Source of the DNA: Octopus sinensis
Taxonomy: Eukaryota
Length of the DNA stretch: 64,000 bases
Direction: 5' to 3'
Assembly: GCF_006345805.1 (NCBI RefSeq)
Contig: NC_043004.1
Coordinates: 91,574,001-91,638,000, forward strand
Position numbers and translations under genes: made by a program
Part shown: piece after piece, positions 13,070-26,449 of the stretch
Position numbering within the stretch: the stretch's first letter is position 1
How the letters are laid out: each line of letters opens with the position of its first letter
The notes under the pieces: model-generated
The model's database searches: none
Seen by the model: only the letters and a program-made list of their open reading frames with translations
Told to the model about the DNA's origin: nothing

Positions 13070-13405
13070 TTTACGTTCCCTTCACCCTTCACCTTCACCT
13101 TCCTCTTTCTCTTCCTCTCCTTTTCTTTCTCTTCCTCCTCTCTTTCTCCCCCTCCTCCTCTCCTCTTCCTCATGTTCTTCTCATTATCTTTCTCCTCCTT
13201 TTCCTCCCCCTCTTCCTCCTCCCCTTCCCCCTCTTCCTCATATTCTTATCCCTTCTCTTTCTCCTCCTTCTCCTCCTTTTCCTCATTCTCTTCTTCCTCC
13301 TTTTTCTTCTCTTCTCATTTCCGCCTCTTCCTCCTCCTCCTTTTCCTCTTATCCCTGCCCCCCGTTTCCTCCTCTTTCCCTCTTCTTCTCCCCCCCTCCT
13401 CTTTA
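13070..13405. repeat. Polypyrimidine (CT/CCT-rich) tract
   Basis: About 330 bp that is almost entirely C/T. Confidence 0.9.
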
Positions 13406-13969
13406 TTTGTCTAGTTGATCAGTTCAATATTCGATCTATCAATAAGTTTAATTAACATTACTGTTTGTTTTGTTTCTGAATTCAATATTTGGAAAGAGAG
13501 ACGGCACGTTTTATTGCTTTATTTTTATTTTTTACTTTTTTTTTTAAATATCGAGCTTATATAACATTGCCAACATTTCAAAGAGCGTCCATTGTTTAGT
13601 TCACTGTTATTTATTCATATTATAAATAATATAATATGTATTTTATAGAATATTTAATATATTAATATAATATTTTAAAAAAATATATAAATAGAATGTT
13701 ATATTATTAGATTCAATATCAGTTTTGTTTGTGTACGTGTGTTTGTTCTTTGTTGCTATTGTTTTAATTCATAACAAAATCCCTCAAGGTCACTACAAAC
13801 GCGAGTTTTTTTCCAATCTTAGAATCCCTGGTGAGTCTCTCATAGCAACTAGCCCTATGAATACAAGAGCTTAATGAAGCTGCTCTTCCAATACTAGGAA
13901 TCCGTTTTTAAGAGCAAAAATTAATTCACTCTTGATCTGTTTCCGACCCTCTATAACTATTAAGTCTGT

Positions 13970-14011
13970 TTAATAACAACAATAATAATAATAATAATAA
14001 TAATAATAGTA

Positions 14012-14063
<52 letters not shown>
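13970..14063. repeat. (AAT)n microsatellite
   Basis: Visible. Confidence 0.95.
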
Positions 14064-14065
<2 letters not shown>

Positions 14066-14366
14066 CCAACATTATGGAATAACAACAGAAAAAAGATGGT
14101 ATAGGCACACATCAGAAAAGGTCACAGAAAACGAGAAAGCAACCATACTCTGGGATATGCCAATACACGCAGATAGAGAAATTAAGGCCAACAGACCAGA
14201 TATAGTTGTCAGAGATCACCAAGAAAAAAAATGCTTTCTAATTGATGTATCAATACCAGCAGATGACAACGTGTCTCTAAACGAAATGGAGAAATTTTCA
14301 AAATACAAAGACCTGGAAATTGAGGTAACCAGAATGTGGAATCTAAAAACAGAAACAATTCCTATC
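14064..14366 (+). mobile_element. R4/Dong-type LINE fragment (RLE domain)
   Basis: ILWDMPIHADREIKANRPDIVVRD...CFLIDVSIP...EKFSKYKDL is a PD-(D/E)xK RLE domain. It starts directly after (AAT)n. Confidence 0.85.
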
Positions 14367-14369
14367 CGT

Positions 14370-15090
14370 TGACGATTACATTGACCCACTATTTGACTGG
14401 TAATTTATTTTATCAACCCCGAAGGATAAAAGCCAATGTTGACTTCGAAAGGATAAACACTCAAAACGTAAAGAGCAGCAAGAGTTCACTCAAAGCATTT
14501 TTATCGGACGCTCTAACGATTTTGCCCTTTTCATATCGCGAGTGATGCTACAGCTACATATACAAACACCCAAAGTGACTCATAAAAATGGACATCTAGT
14601 TCACTGTCAATACTTCACCAACACTCTAGAGCCCATTGGCGCTCTACTGTTTCTGCTATCCGTCACAAAGCATTGATTCCCTAACATTCTAAGGCCACAA
14701 ATTTTTGGAACAAGGATCTCGTCGAATTCATTAACCACCTCCCTCAATACTCTATAAGTATTCAACTTTAAAGAATGAAAGGTAAAGTAGATGTTGAAAG
14801 GTATTCGAATTTGGAATGTAAAACTGGTTCGAATATTGTAAAACAATTTTTCCCGACGCTCCACCAATTAAGCTAACAACTAATTCTTACAGACTTTGTC
14901 ATATTGATTTCTAATATTGACACATCCACGCATTAAATCAATTCCAGTGCTTGGCTGGTACTTTATTTTATCAACATCGAAAGTAAAAAAATGCAAAGCT
15001 GACCACGGTGGGACTTCAATCTAGAGCCAGAAAAAAATATCCCAAAACAGTTTTACCGGCGTTTAACGATTCCACCAGCTCGCCACCCTC
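14370..15090 (-). mobile_element. Cluster of three diverged SINE A copies
   Basis: Degenerate cores at ~14395-14470, ~14770-14820 and ~14955-15020. Confidence 0.6.
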
Positions 15091-15249
15091 CTGGCTTTGT
15101 TAAAGATAAATTAATATATGAGAAATCAATAATGAATGTTTTGAAATCAATACTAAAGATATGTATTTTTAAAAATATTTTCCTTTAAACTAGGCATTCG
15201 TTAGTTATCTCCCTTCTTAGTACTTCATCTTTCACCCTTCCTTTCTCTG

Positions 15250-15950
15250 TCTTCACCTATTTTAAACATCTTGTTTAGAGATACTATAACCTATTGACAC
15301 CTCAACAACGAAGCCTTTATTGATTTTCAAAGACAACTTATATAATAAGTCTCCAGCAGACTTAAACTAAGACACTCACTTCACAATTATTGATGAATAC
15401 GAACACTGAAAAACGGTTGCATTTCTAGCTCATAAGTTATTAATTAGTTGCTCAAATTAACTTTTCGAAATAACTTTCAGCCAGGCGAAATAATCAAGTG
15501 GATAACATATTGGGGCTAATCATTGAAAAGTCGTCTGTTCAACTCGCACAGCAGTCACCATATATTTAAATTTGTTTTCTGATTTCAGAAAGGCCTGATA
15601 ATGTGCCTGGGAAAGATGTTTAGTCCAATCCATCTTAGCATAGAGCGTGGTTGACCAAATAACAGTGTACTTGACCACCTACCAAAAAACCAGATTGTTC
15701 AACACCTGTCACACAGCAAAACTTACCTGTGTGTGGTTAGTAGCTTATCAACATGGATTTGTGTCTTTCATTTGCTTAACACTTCGAAAACTGGTGATAC
15801 ACACCGACATCAAGTCCCCTCGCAGTTCAGTAAAGGATTTCCATTGTGGATTAACATAAGCACAGCATATAAAAACATTTCCAAGGAATGCCTTCTGCCT
15901 GAATAATATATAGTTAAGTGCAAGATACCACACATTGTGCTTAATAAATT
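15250..15950 (+). pseudogene. Possible Penelope-like element remnant (RT thumb / GIY-YIG)
   Basis: FNTCHTAKLTCVWL...GFVSFICLTLRKL resembles the PLE FTC.T..VY.I.C..G..YIG.T.R.L pattern. Highly degraded. Confidence 0.35.
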
Positions 15951-16607
15951 GGAAGTAAACTGAAAATGAAAAGAAACGTCATTAGCAGTAATGATAAATA
16001 TTTTTAAAAGAGGTAAAGAGGAGAACTATGAAATCAAAATTAACTTTTCTCATTTATCCCTTTGAGAAGAATTTTCATTAACGCTAATGACTTTTCCACT
16101 TATGACGCATAGGATTTTAATTCAATATGATATCAGCTCAACACATTAAATAAGGTAGCTAACACTTTACCACGTAGCATAGAAAAACAGTGTAGCATAG
16201 TTTATGGGAGTATGTTATCTTTAATGTATAATGTACGTATAAAGTATAATGTGCATATAATCGATATCTAAAAACTTATAGAAGTTGGAGGTATGACAGA
16301 GTGGGTGGGTGAGTGGCTCACGCATGAAATTACGAAGTATGAATTGTTTATTGAACATGCAAGGGCAGAAGATTCCCTCCCTAATATTCAAAACGTTCAT
16401 TGTTGATGCTATATTTCATTTTCCCGTGATACAGAGATTGCATTTGCTGCTCCATCCCCTATATTTACTGGTTTGGGCTATGATGCTCCAGTACATATGG
16501 GTTTGTTCACGTTCCTCTCTTTAAGTGTCCATACCAAATTGGATAAAGATGTTGTTTCTTGTTTTCATTTTTGAACGAAGCCAAATGTTGTGTATATTTC
16601 TCCTTGT

Positions 16608-16651
<44 letters not shown>

Positions 16652-16714
16652 CTGTATGTGTATGTATGTATGTGTGTATGTGTGTATGTATGCATGTGCA
16701 CGTGTGTGTGTGTT

Positions 16715-17120
16715 TGTCACCTCGCCACTTGAGAACCGGTCTTTTTCTTACATCTCCACTGATAGCAGTTCGTCAAACAGAAACCGATGAAATAAGTACT
16801 GATCGATGAAATAAGTTCTCAACCATTTCTCTACCATTTTTTAAACTATGGACCCCTGAAATTCCTGTTACTTGGATGGACCTTCATAGCCATTCGATGT
16901 TTGCAAAATACTATTTTATTTTTAGAATTAAAGATCATTAGGAAATGTATTAAAAAAATGTTAAAATATTTGATCTCTTGTAAAAGTATAACCAATTCAT
17001 AGAAAATACATTTTTACAAAAACTCTTATGCGGACCCCGGTTCACTATCACTGAACTAAACACTTCAAGTCAGTGCCCCAGCATGGCCGCAACCCAATGA
17101 CTGAGACCAATAAAAGAATA
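16715..17120 (+). mobile_element. Old SINE B 3' part interrupted by a hAT MITE related to 5125-5366
   Basis: GAAACCGATGAAATAAGTACT and GTGCCCCAGCATGGCCGCA flank an insert AGTTCTCAACC...GGTTCACTATCACTG at ~16814-17053. Confidence 0.55.
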
Positions 17121-17209
17121 GTAACGATGAATTAGATTGTGTACGAATGTTGTGAAAGGAGGGTAGTGGGAGTAAGGTTGAGGGTCTTGGACATTACCGT
17201 CTTGAGGAT

Positions 17210-17470
17210 TAGGGCTCGTAGAGCCGGTTTTCCTGCTTCCATAGCGTATAAGCGACTAAGATCAAAAGGGCCACCCTGAAGGGGACGCCACTCCGTCGCA
17301 AGGTTACTCATTTACAACTGAATGGACTGGAGCAACATGAAATGAAGTGGTATTTTTGTTTGCTTTTTTTATTTTCAAGGAGACAACGTACCACTTGGTC
17401 CTGGAATCGATACTGCACGCTTGCAATCGTGAGTGAAGCAGCCTAACCACTAGGGTCATGCGCGTTCACA
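17210..17470 (-). mobile_element. SINE family D-like copy, diverged
   Basis: GGACTGGAGCAACATGAAATGAAGTG...CCTAACCACTAGG matches the family D head/core. Confidence 0.6.
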
Positions 17471-17515
17471 GGGTTGAGGATAGAAGTGAAAAAGTAAGGG
17501 AGAAGGGAAAAGTAA

Positions 17516-17923
17516 GGCGCAGGAGTGGCTGTGTGGTAAGTAGCTTGCTAACCAACTACATGGTTCCGGGTTCAGTCCCACTGCGTGGCATCTTGGGCAA
17601 GTGTCTTCTGCTATAGCCCCGGGCCGACCAATGCCTTGTGAGTGGATTTGGTAGACAGAAACTGAAAGAAGCCTGTCGTATATATGTATATATATATGTG
17701 TGTGTGTGTTTGTGTGTCTGTGTTTGTCCCCTTAGCATTGCTTGACAACCGATGCTGGTGTGTTTAGGTCCCCGTTACTTAGCGGTTCGGCAAAAAGAGA
17801 CCGATAGAATAAGTACTGGGCTTACAATGAATAAGTCCCGGGGTCGATTTGCTCGACTAAAGGCGGTGCTCCAGCATGGCCGCAGTCAAATGACTGAAAC
17901 AAGTAAAAGAGTAAAAGAGTAAA
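17516..17923 (+). mobile_element. SINE family B, full length
   Basis: A box TGGCTGTGTGG, B box GGGTTCAGTCCC, CORE-like TCTTGGGCAAGTG, internal (TA)(TG) repeat, tail (GTAAAAGA)n. Three near-identical copies in the window. Confidence 0.9.
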
Positions 17924-18175
17924 GGTATATATTGGGAGGGATTAGTGGGTGAAACAAATAAGAATTAACAAGAAAACGGGATTGAGTAAGAAAGATAGGA
18001 TTATCGGCCAATTAAATGGTTCGTAAATAATTTCACGACAAACAGCTATATACACTTATATATCTAGTTTTCTTGGCTTTTGTTTTACAAGATTTCCAAA
18101 GCGAAATCGTATGTTGGAACAGATGTTGTTGTATCCTGGGAGAATCGTTTTGCCAATAAAAACACACACACTCTG

Positions 18176-18302
18176 GTTGTTGTTGTTGTTGTTGTTGTTC
18201 TTCTTCTTCTTCTTCTTCTCCTTGTTCTTGTTCTTGTTCTTGTTCTTGTTCTTGTTCTTCTTCTTTTTCATCCTCGTCATGACCACCACCACCACCACCA
18301 CC

Positions 18303-18360
<58 letters not shown>
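18176..18360. repeat. Compound microsatellite (TTG)n(TTC)n(TTGTTC)n(CAC)n(CAT)n
   Basis: Visible. Confidence 0.95.
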
Positions 18361-18547
18361 CAGCATAACTTAGCTAATCAGACTCATACCCCGCTGCATC
18401 CAATTTAATTAATATTAACCAGCGGGACACGTTTTATTTATTCCACGGTTCATAAACGTTCTTCTTTCAATAAATGATCATAAAAATTCCCCCCCACCAT
18501 TCCTCACTTTTTTAAAATTCATTCTCCCACATTATGTATTATCCTTT

Positions 18548-19890
18548 GTTTTATCGATACCAGAGGGATGAAAGGCAAAGTTGACCTCGGCAAGATTTGA
18601 ATTGAGAAAGTAAAGATTAGGGAGAAGCACCATGTGATAACCACAAGCAATTTTCTTTTTTCAGCATATTATATATTCGATTTCATTCCATTGTTAAGGT
18701 TGCTTAAAACGTAACACTCGAACACACTCTGTGACTTGCAGAATTTACGATGCAACATGCTTTTTCTAAAGGAATAGCTGGATCATATCGACCGTAGTGT
18801 TTCGCTGGTACTTGTTTTATCGACCACAGAAGAATGAAATGCAAAGTTGGAATTTGAACGCAGAAGTAAAGAAGCAATTAAATACAACAAGGCATATTGT
18901 CGGGAATTCTACCATCGCTTCTCTGGTGAAAATCATTTCTTTATCATTAATAATGGTAAACCTTTAACAAAGACGTAAGACCAGAAATTCTATGGAAGGG
19001 GCAAGTCGATTATATTGATCCAAGTTCTTGACTGGGTATATACTTTGTCGACACGGGAGAGGTGAACAGTAAAGATAACTTCAACGGGATATGAATTCGA
19101 ATCGAAAAGAATAAAGCATTTTGTTCGACGATCAAACGATTCTGTTAATCCATCACAAACCATTTCAAAGACTCATGGCCATACAGTTTGCGAGACCATA
19201 CTGAGGATTATATCGACCCTATTACTTAAATGGTACTTTTTTTTATCGGCCCCAGAGGGACGAAAGGTGAAGTCGATCTTCTAGTTCAAATTTCGTGGAG
19301 GTCGACTTGGGGTTTCACCCTCTCGAGGTCGATGAAACAAATAGCAGTTAAAAACTGGGGTCGATGTCATCCACTAGCTCCCTTCCCCATCCCACCCCCA
19401 AAATCAGACCTTTGACCTATAATAGAAAACGTATTCAAGGAAGTGAGCGAGCAGAATCGATGGTGCATCGGATAAAATGCTTAGCGGCGTATTTTTTTTT
19501 TTGGCCCTTCACCCTCTGGGTTCAAATCCAACCTTGTTCAGTTAATCTTTCGCCCATTCGAGGGTTAATAAAATAAGCACCAGTTGAGCAGTGGAGTTCA
19601 TGTAATCTACTCCCCTCTCCTTTCTCCCCTAAAAAATTGTGATCCTTATGTCAAAATAAGAATGAGTTATTAAAGCAATGAGCTGGTAGAATCGTTAGCG
19701 CGTCGAACAAAATGAGTAGCGGCATTTTTTCCGGTTCGTTACATCCTCAGTTCAAATCATGCCCAAATCAACTTTGCCTTTCATCCTTTCCCGGTCGATA
19801 AAATAAAATAAATTACCAGTCAAGTACTGGGGTAGCCGACTACTCCCTTCCCCTAAAAAATTGCTGGCCTTGTGCCAATATTTGAAAGAA
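18548..19890. mobile_element. Cluster of about 7 diverged SINE A copies; minus orientation up to ~19280, plus orientation after
   Basis: Minus cores at ~18555, 18810, 19040 and 19230. Plus cores at ~19284, 19520 and 19750. Confidence 0.7.
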
Positions 19891-19899
19891 TTACTTTCA

Positions 19900-19941
19900 T
19901 CACCATCATCATCATCAATAATAATAATAATAATAATAATA

Positions 19942-19976
<35 letters not shown>

Positions 19977-19990
19977 AATAATAACAACGA

Positions 19991-20032
<42 letters not shown>

Positions 20033-20045
20033 TAATAATAATAAT
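19900..20045. repeat. (AAT)n/(GAT)n microsatellite
   Basis: Visible. Confidence 0.95.
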
Positions 20046-20464
20046 GTTTATGCATAATTTATTTCTTTTATTTTTATTATCATAGTTTTACTTTATTTTT
20101 GCTGGCAAAGAATCAATTTCTATAATCGAAAGGTTTCAGAACTATTTTTAATTTTCATCATATCGAAGAAAATCATCTCTGCTCAAAGAGCAAGAATGTA
20201 AACAATGTCTAACATCTGCATTGTAATGTTCGAGTTCTGCAATGTCTAAAAATAAGCTGAGAGAGGAGGAGTGTGCGTGAGAGAGAGAGAGAGAGCACAG
20301 AGAGAGGGAGAGAGAGAGAGAGAGAGAGGCTGAGAAGGAAGACGATGTAGACAGACTGGCAGAAAGATAGCAAACAGAAAATTTATGTTTTTCTCTTCTG
20401 TGTGTATCTATCTGTAACCATATTTATAAATACCGATTCCTAGATACAATGTTCAACGCCTTTG

Positions 20465-20470
20465 CATATG

Positions 20471-20513
<43 letters not shown>

Positions 20514-20668
20514 ACACTAACACACATAATATAAATAATATAAGTAAGCGTGTGTGTGTGTGTGTAAATACATATACATGTGTATTTATATATATACGTA
20601 TATCCATGCATACATACATGTGTATATGTATATATGTATGTGTGTATATATATATATATAATATATAT

Positions 20669-20712
<44 letters not shown>

Positions 20713-20765
20713 TATAATATATATTATTGACTAAACTGGCAAAATGACCATTCCGAAATATAACA

Positions 20766-20796
<31 letters not shown>

Positions 20797-20810
20797 TATG
20801 TATGTATGTA

Positions 20811-20886
<76 letters not shown>

Positions 20887-20891
20887 CATAC

Positions 20892-20922
<31 letters not shown>

Positions 20923-20958
20923 ATATATATATATGCATGTATATATATATATATGTAT

Positions 20959-21036
<78 letters not shown>

Positions 21037-21080
21037 GCATATATATACATATATATGCACACACGCACACACATATGTAT
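20465..21080. repeat. (TA)n-rich region
   Basis: Visible. Confidence 0.95.
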
Positions 21081-21598
21081 AAACGCCTCCCTGACAGTAC
21101 TACGATTGACCTGTGCTTCTCTATCGCTTCACCAAGCTAGCCAAATGAGTGTGCCCGTTTAGTTGCCAACAATCCGATCGTGCAACATGTTGTATGAAGT
21201 CACATGTTAACAGTAGCATTCAAAAGAGATCATCAAGCTTAGATATTCCAACTGGTTGTCCTTCACATTATGATACCACTGAGAGAGAACTATTCTTTAG
21301 TTTGTTTTTTTGTTTTTTAAACCTTTGAATCCTTGCAAATGCTTTAGCGACCCGATTTTTATTTGATTGTCATGCAGGAAGATGCAAAATTAGACGGCCA
21401 AATTTGAAAATACCGATGTTTCTTCTGTCAATTAACGAGCCCAAAAAATTTAAAACATTGCGGTCAACCCCTTATCTGTTATTCAGGGGTGTAGTGGAAC
21501 GAAATAGCATCTCACCTCACTAACGCATAGTCTTGAGAACAATGGGTTAAAAACATGTCTCTGGTGGAAGGTTGTTCTATTAAATTGAAATATTTTTT

Positions 21599-21996
21599 GC
21601 AGAGAGTGGCTGTGTGGTAAGTAGCTTGCTAACCAACCACAAAGTTCCGGGTTCAGTCCCACTGCGTGGCATCTTGGGCAAGTGTCTTCTGCTATAGCCC
21701 CGGGTCGACCAATGCCTTGTGAGTGGACTTTGTTGACGGAAACTGAAAGAAGCCTGTCGTATATATGTATATATATGTATGTGTGTGTGTTTGTCTGTCT
21801 GTGTTTGTCCCCCTAGCATTGCATGACAACCGATGCTGGTGTGTTTACGTCCCCGTTACTTAGCGGTTCTGCAAAAAGAGACCGATAGAATAAGTACTGG
21901 GCGTACAAAGAATAAGTCCCGGGGTCGATTTGCCCGACTAAATGCGGTGTTCCAGCATGGCCGCAGTCAAATGACTGAAACAAGTAAAAGAGTAAA

Positions 21997-21998
<2 letters not shown>
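21599..21998 (+). mobile_element. SINE family B
   Basis: Near-identical to 17516-17923. A second 3' fragment lies at 22195-22260. Confidence 0.9.
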
Positions 21999-22035
<37 letters not shown>

Positions 22036-22447
22036 CGTGTGTGTGTGTGTGTCTCTCTCTTTCTCTCTGCACGTCTGCGTGTGTGTGTGTGTGTGTGTGT
22101 GTGCGTGCGTGTGTGTGTGTGTCTGTGTGTGTATCTGATAGCCTATTCGTTCTTTGTCAATCGCAATGCTTATGTCAGATGTGACATTTAAGTCTAAAGG
22201 CGGTGCTCCAGCATGGCCGCAGTCAAATGACTGAAACAAGTAAAAGAAAGAAAAGAAAGAATAATATTGTTCATTTTGGTCGTCTCCGAGGACGACGTAG
22301 CCTAAAGTTTGTCTGTTAATTCTTGAGTTAATATATGACTAATGATTGAGTACGGTAGCATACACAATACAACACAGCTCATGTTGCCATACAATTTTCC
22401 TTGATATTTCAGTGATTTAGTATCTTTATAACATCGTATTTTATATC

Positions 22448-23640
22448 ATGGCTCCAAGAGTGAGCAATAATCCGAAGAAGAAATTTATAAGCATATCTGT
22501 GAAACAAAAACAGGAACTTACAAAGAAGTTAGGAGCCGAGGCTTTAGTGACAGAAGTTAAAAACAGTGTCAGACTTACGCGAGGTTAGAGACAAACTCAT
22601 TGCCTACATCATCGTTTCTGCAGTAACGATGTCTGTGGTAAAGGAATTCAAAGTACTGCTTCAAAATATAAGCATGATACGAATTCTAAATCAGTTGCTG
22701 ATGCAAGGAATCCTATGAGAGTTTTGGAATCTTGAGGAAACAGTGACGAATTGGTTTATCTATCAATGTTTCTGTGGTAATAACATTCGTAGTGTGAAAA
22801 TTCTAAGTGTTGCTGCCAAGTTATCCAGGTACACGGGTGTCAAGAATTTCAAAGCTAACGACAGGTGAATCTGGCAATATAGATATCACCACAGAATGGG
22901 CACTAAAATAAGCCATGGTTAAGCAGGCAGTGCATTAATTGAGGATGTGGAATCATTCAGAAAGAGGTTTCAGCACTTAATTGTGAGAGGCTTCTAATTT
23001 CCTAAGAGTTCAATGAGGCTTAAATTGAGTTGCATTGGCGGCGACAAACTTAGAATACCAAAGCTTTAAATACGGTTGTAAAATTAAAGGACGTTAACCG
23101 GTACTATGTTGCTAGAATCCAAATGACATGGAATATATGGAAGCACTCCATCGGTTACGACGACGAGGGTTACGGTTGATCCGATCAACGGAACAGCTTG
23201 CTCGTGAAATTAACGTGTAAGTGGCTGAGCACTCCACAGACACGTGTACCCTTAACTTAGTTCTCGGGGATATTCAGCGTGACACAGAGAGTGACAAGGC
23301 CGGCCCTTTGAAATACAGGTACAACAGAAACAGGAAGTAAGAGTGAGAGAAAGTTGTGGTGAAAGAGTACAGCAGGGATCACTATCATCCCCTGCCGGAG
23401 CCTCGTGGAGCTTTTAGGTGTTTTTGCTCAATAAACACTCACAACGCCCGGTTTGGGAATCGAAACTGCGATCCTACGACCGCGAGTCCGCTGCCCTAAC
23501 CACTGGGCCATTGTGCCTCCACTCCAAATGACATACATATTTTAAGGCTAATGGTAATGAAAAGATCGACAAGTTCGTGAATTTTGAAAGACATAAAGCA
23601 CCATTTACTGGTGTATTATGACTATTTCAGACTGACATTA
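22448..23640 (+). pseudogene. Tigger/Jerky-like transposase remnant interrupted by SINE C
   Basis: MAPRVSNNPKKKFISISVKQKQELTKKL..KTVSDL (psq-type HTH), LEETVTNWF..FKANDR*IWQYRYHH, SHG*AGSA..EDVESFR. Confidence 0.7.
23130..23522 (-). mobile_element. SINE family C (tRNA-derived, Arg-like TCG anticodon loop)
   Basis: Minus-strand head GGAGGCACAATGGCCCAGTGGTTAGGGCAGCGGACTCGCGG...GTTTCGATTCCC. 12-bp TSD TCCAAATGACAT at 23118-23129 and 23523-23534. Confidence 0.92.
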
Positions 23641-24215
23641 ATAACAATAACGTCTGAACTCAGAGTCATTGACAGAACAGAACCATTGAAACCAAAACCT
23701 CCGAGGTTTATTCATACAGATTTTAATATTGATTTTTACAATAACCCTTCAGTACAACTCGTGAGTCCAAAAATATTAAACGCCTTTCACGATAAGATCA
23801 TACAAGAAAAAAAAAAAAAAAGAGATACGAGTCCCTTAACTATTTCGATTGATATCCTTAATTCATTATCAACTGAACTAATTACTTAATGACAAGGTGA
23901 CAATATTTTAAAGTTTGATATTGAAAGCTATTATGCATTACTCAACCTTTGTTAGCAAAAGCCATTAATTAGTCAAAATGCATTTCCTAATATTAAGGAT
24001 GTGGAGGTGGGTTATGACTTGTCAGATGAAAAAGTTAACTTTAACGAGAACTCAGTTTGGGTAAAGAAGTCATCAAGGGATCCGTTTGATCGTTCGCTGT
24101 CAGCGATAATGCTGATGAGGTTGCAGCTTATATAGACCTGTATCTTCTTTCCGAGGTTAAATATTGCTCCCCAAACTTTGAAGGGGGATTAGTAGATTAC
24201 ATCGAGATGACAGTA
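23640..24215 (+). pseudogene. Penelope-like element RT remnant
   Basis: DFYNNPSVQLVSP, FLKFDIESYY, LLAKAIN, FNENSVWVKK..DPFD, LYLL and a YRDD-like site (ACATCGAGATGAC). Confidence 0.7.
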
Positions 24216-24934
24216 GCCTGAGTATGGATTACAAATTCTTCTACTGATGCCGACTACAAAATATCTAATTGGATGGTTAGATTTCCTATGAATATATATT
24301 ATTTCCTCTTTAAACTTTCTATAGGGATACTATTTAACTGTCATGAGTTCTAGATTAATTGCTATGGTACTGAATCTAGTTAGATTGTGGTGATATCATT
24401 TAAACCGAACTCCTAAAAATTTCTTAATAAGATTTTTGGAAACATACTGAAGGTGTGGCTATTCATATTGCTCGAAATTACCAAGCTATAATCTCTATAC
24501 AAAGTTGAATTATGGGGGAATGTAAGTTTCCCAGGATAAATAATACAACAGGGTCTGCTGTCTCAGCCCATTGCAACGTCCCACAAAGACTTTCCTTTCT
24601 GACTCAGCAGGAGCTATAATTATACAAAAATAACTTCATAGAATCCATAAGGAATCTAAAGTCGATGTTGCTAGTTTTAACATATTGCTTTCAGAAGTCC
24701 AGAGCTTTAGAAGGAGGGATATTGAACTGGATAAATACATAGACAGCTTTCCTTCTTAATATCACGTGACCAGAGGATAACGACATCGTTACAGTACCAT
24801 TAGACTAATCCAGTGGCCCTTTTCATATCAGAATTCACGCTGTCGCGGATACACTTGATTACTACACCTGTCTCACAATAAAAAGGGTGGGTTGATTATC
24901 TTTCATTTAGAGTTAGAAAAAAAAAAAAGATTTA

Positions 24935-25460
24935 TGGTTTTTAAGGGTCACTTAAAGGGCTGCATGGCGAAGTGATCCATCTGTCTTCCACAAAGTGGTT
25001 AAGTTCTTCGCTTCCGTATTTATTTCATTGCGTGTTGCGATGTTAGTTTACAGGTATTTATTGGTGATGCTGTTAGATAAGAGTCTGGTTTGTGTAGGGG
25101 TGTTTGTTTTATGTTTTGCTTTTAGATTTATCAGCGAGGATATGTACTTTAGGTTATTGCTTAAAGGTATCATACACTTGTTCAAAATGCATAGAAAAGA
25201 GTTGAAGCGGTGCCAAAATATTTTTAATCATGCCGATCAAGTCTGCTTCAAAGTTTTCAAGTTCCTTTTTCTAGGAGGAGCGTTTAGATTTTTCGAAGAA
25301 GTAAGCCTTCAAGCGCAACCGTCTAATCACATTTTCCGTTTTCTTAATAAGGTATGTCATGCAAAGCTTCTTTGATGGTATTTGAATATAGAAACGGTTG
25401 CGAGTATAGAAGTGTTTTTTTTTTTTTTAGCGAATAAAGAAGAGGTTGCTACTCCATTTT
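24935..25460 (-). pseudogene. Penelope-like element N-terminal ORF remnant
   Basis: Minus strand IQIPSKKLCMTYLIKKTENVIRRLRLKAYFF, FEADLIGMIKNI, INTEAKN, TLKNHK match the PLE pre-RT region. Confidence 0.7.
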
Positions 25461-26449
25461 GAATTGTTTGTTCTTTATTTATAAATTGCGGCTTAGCAAG
25501 GTATAAAAAACAATTACAGATAAATGTACAAACGGAAAAAAAGGGCTAAATCAAAACTACTCTGTGTTCAATTCTTATTACATAGCTACATGAAACACAC
25601 GCTGCTTGTTTTAACCAGAAACTTTCGCGACGAAGCATCCTCCTCTATCCTCCCGAGACGCACAGCTGTCGCCTTTGTCTCGGGAGAAATTGCATACATT
25701 GTAACAACCAGGTGTATCCTTTAACTAAGAAATCTGATTAGTCATCGAGATGATAATAGTCTGAGTATGGATTACAAATTCTTCTTTTGTTGCCGGCTAA
25801 TAAATATCTAATTAAAACTGAAGGGTGGCTAAATTTCCTGTGAATATATTACTATTCAAGCAGAGCTCCCTACAGGGTAACTTTAAACCACTAGCTGCTA
25901 TCATTATCTCAAATTTTTATCCTATATATATATATCCCAACAGACTACTACTTTCCTTTACAGAAAAACTGAATTGTTTTCGTACTGCAAACAATTACAA
26001 ATTATCGTCTTCCGCAAACCTTTACCAAAAACTGCATAAATCTCTAATAATCCTCTGGAACCCACCATAAACTATATATTTGTCGATATTTGTTCAGAAG
26101 CGAGAATATGTCATGTCGATGATGCTTTTGGGTGCAGCAAAATATGTGCATAGCTGTCCCATACTTCAATCAACGAGCAAACATCAATTGCTTTTTCTTA
26201 AGTATTTAAGATGTTCACATTTGTTATATTTACGAGTATTCGTAATTTCGTGAAATCATAAGCTTTTCTCTTTCGAAGTCGCTAACAATCAACGCAAGAC
26301 TTTAGTTTACTTTCACTTTCAGCAAAGGAAACATTAATAAATTAAGAATTTATTTTGTACAGCTTTCAGTAATACCCCACCGTCGTTTCTTATTCAAATT
26401 CATGGCACTCTGCCCCACTGAGTTACTTAGCTTATTTTTACTTTATACG

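Noticed and set aside
23450-23522. tRNA gene calls at the SINE C, D, A and B heads
   Set aside because: A/B boxes are present but each runs into a multi-copy SINE body with TSDs, and no complete acceptor stem is seen.
24995-25375. 126-aa plus-strand hydrophobic ORF
   Set aside because: It is the antisense shadow of the minus-strand Penelope-like remnant.
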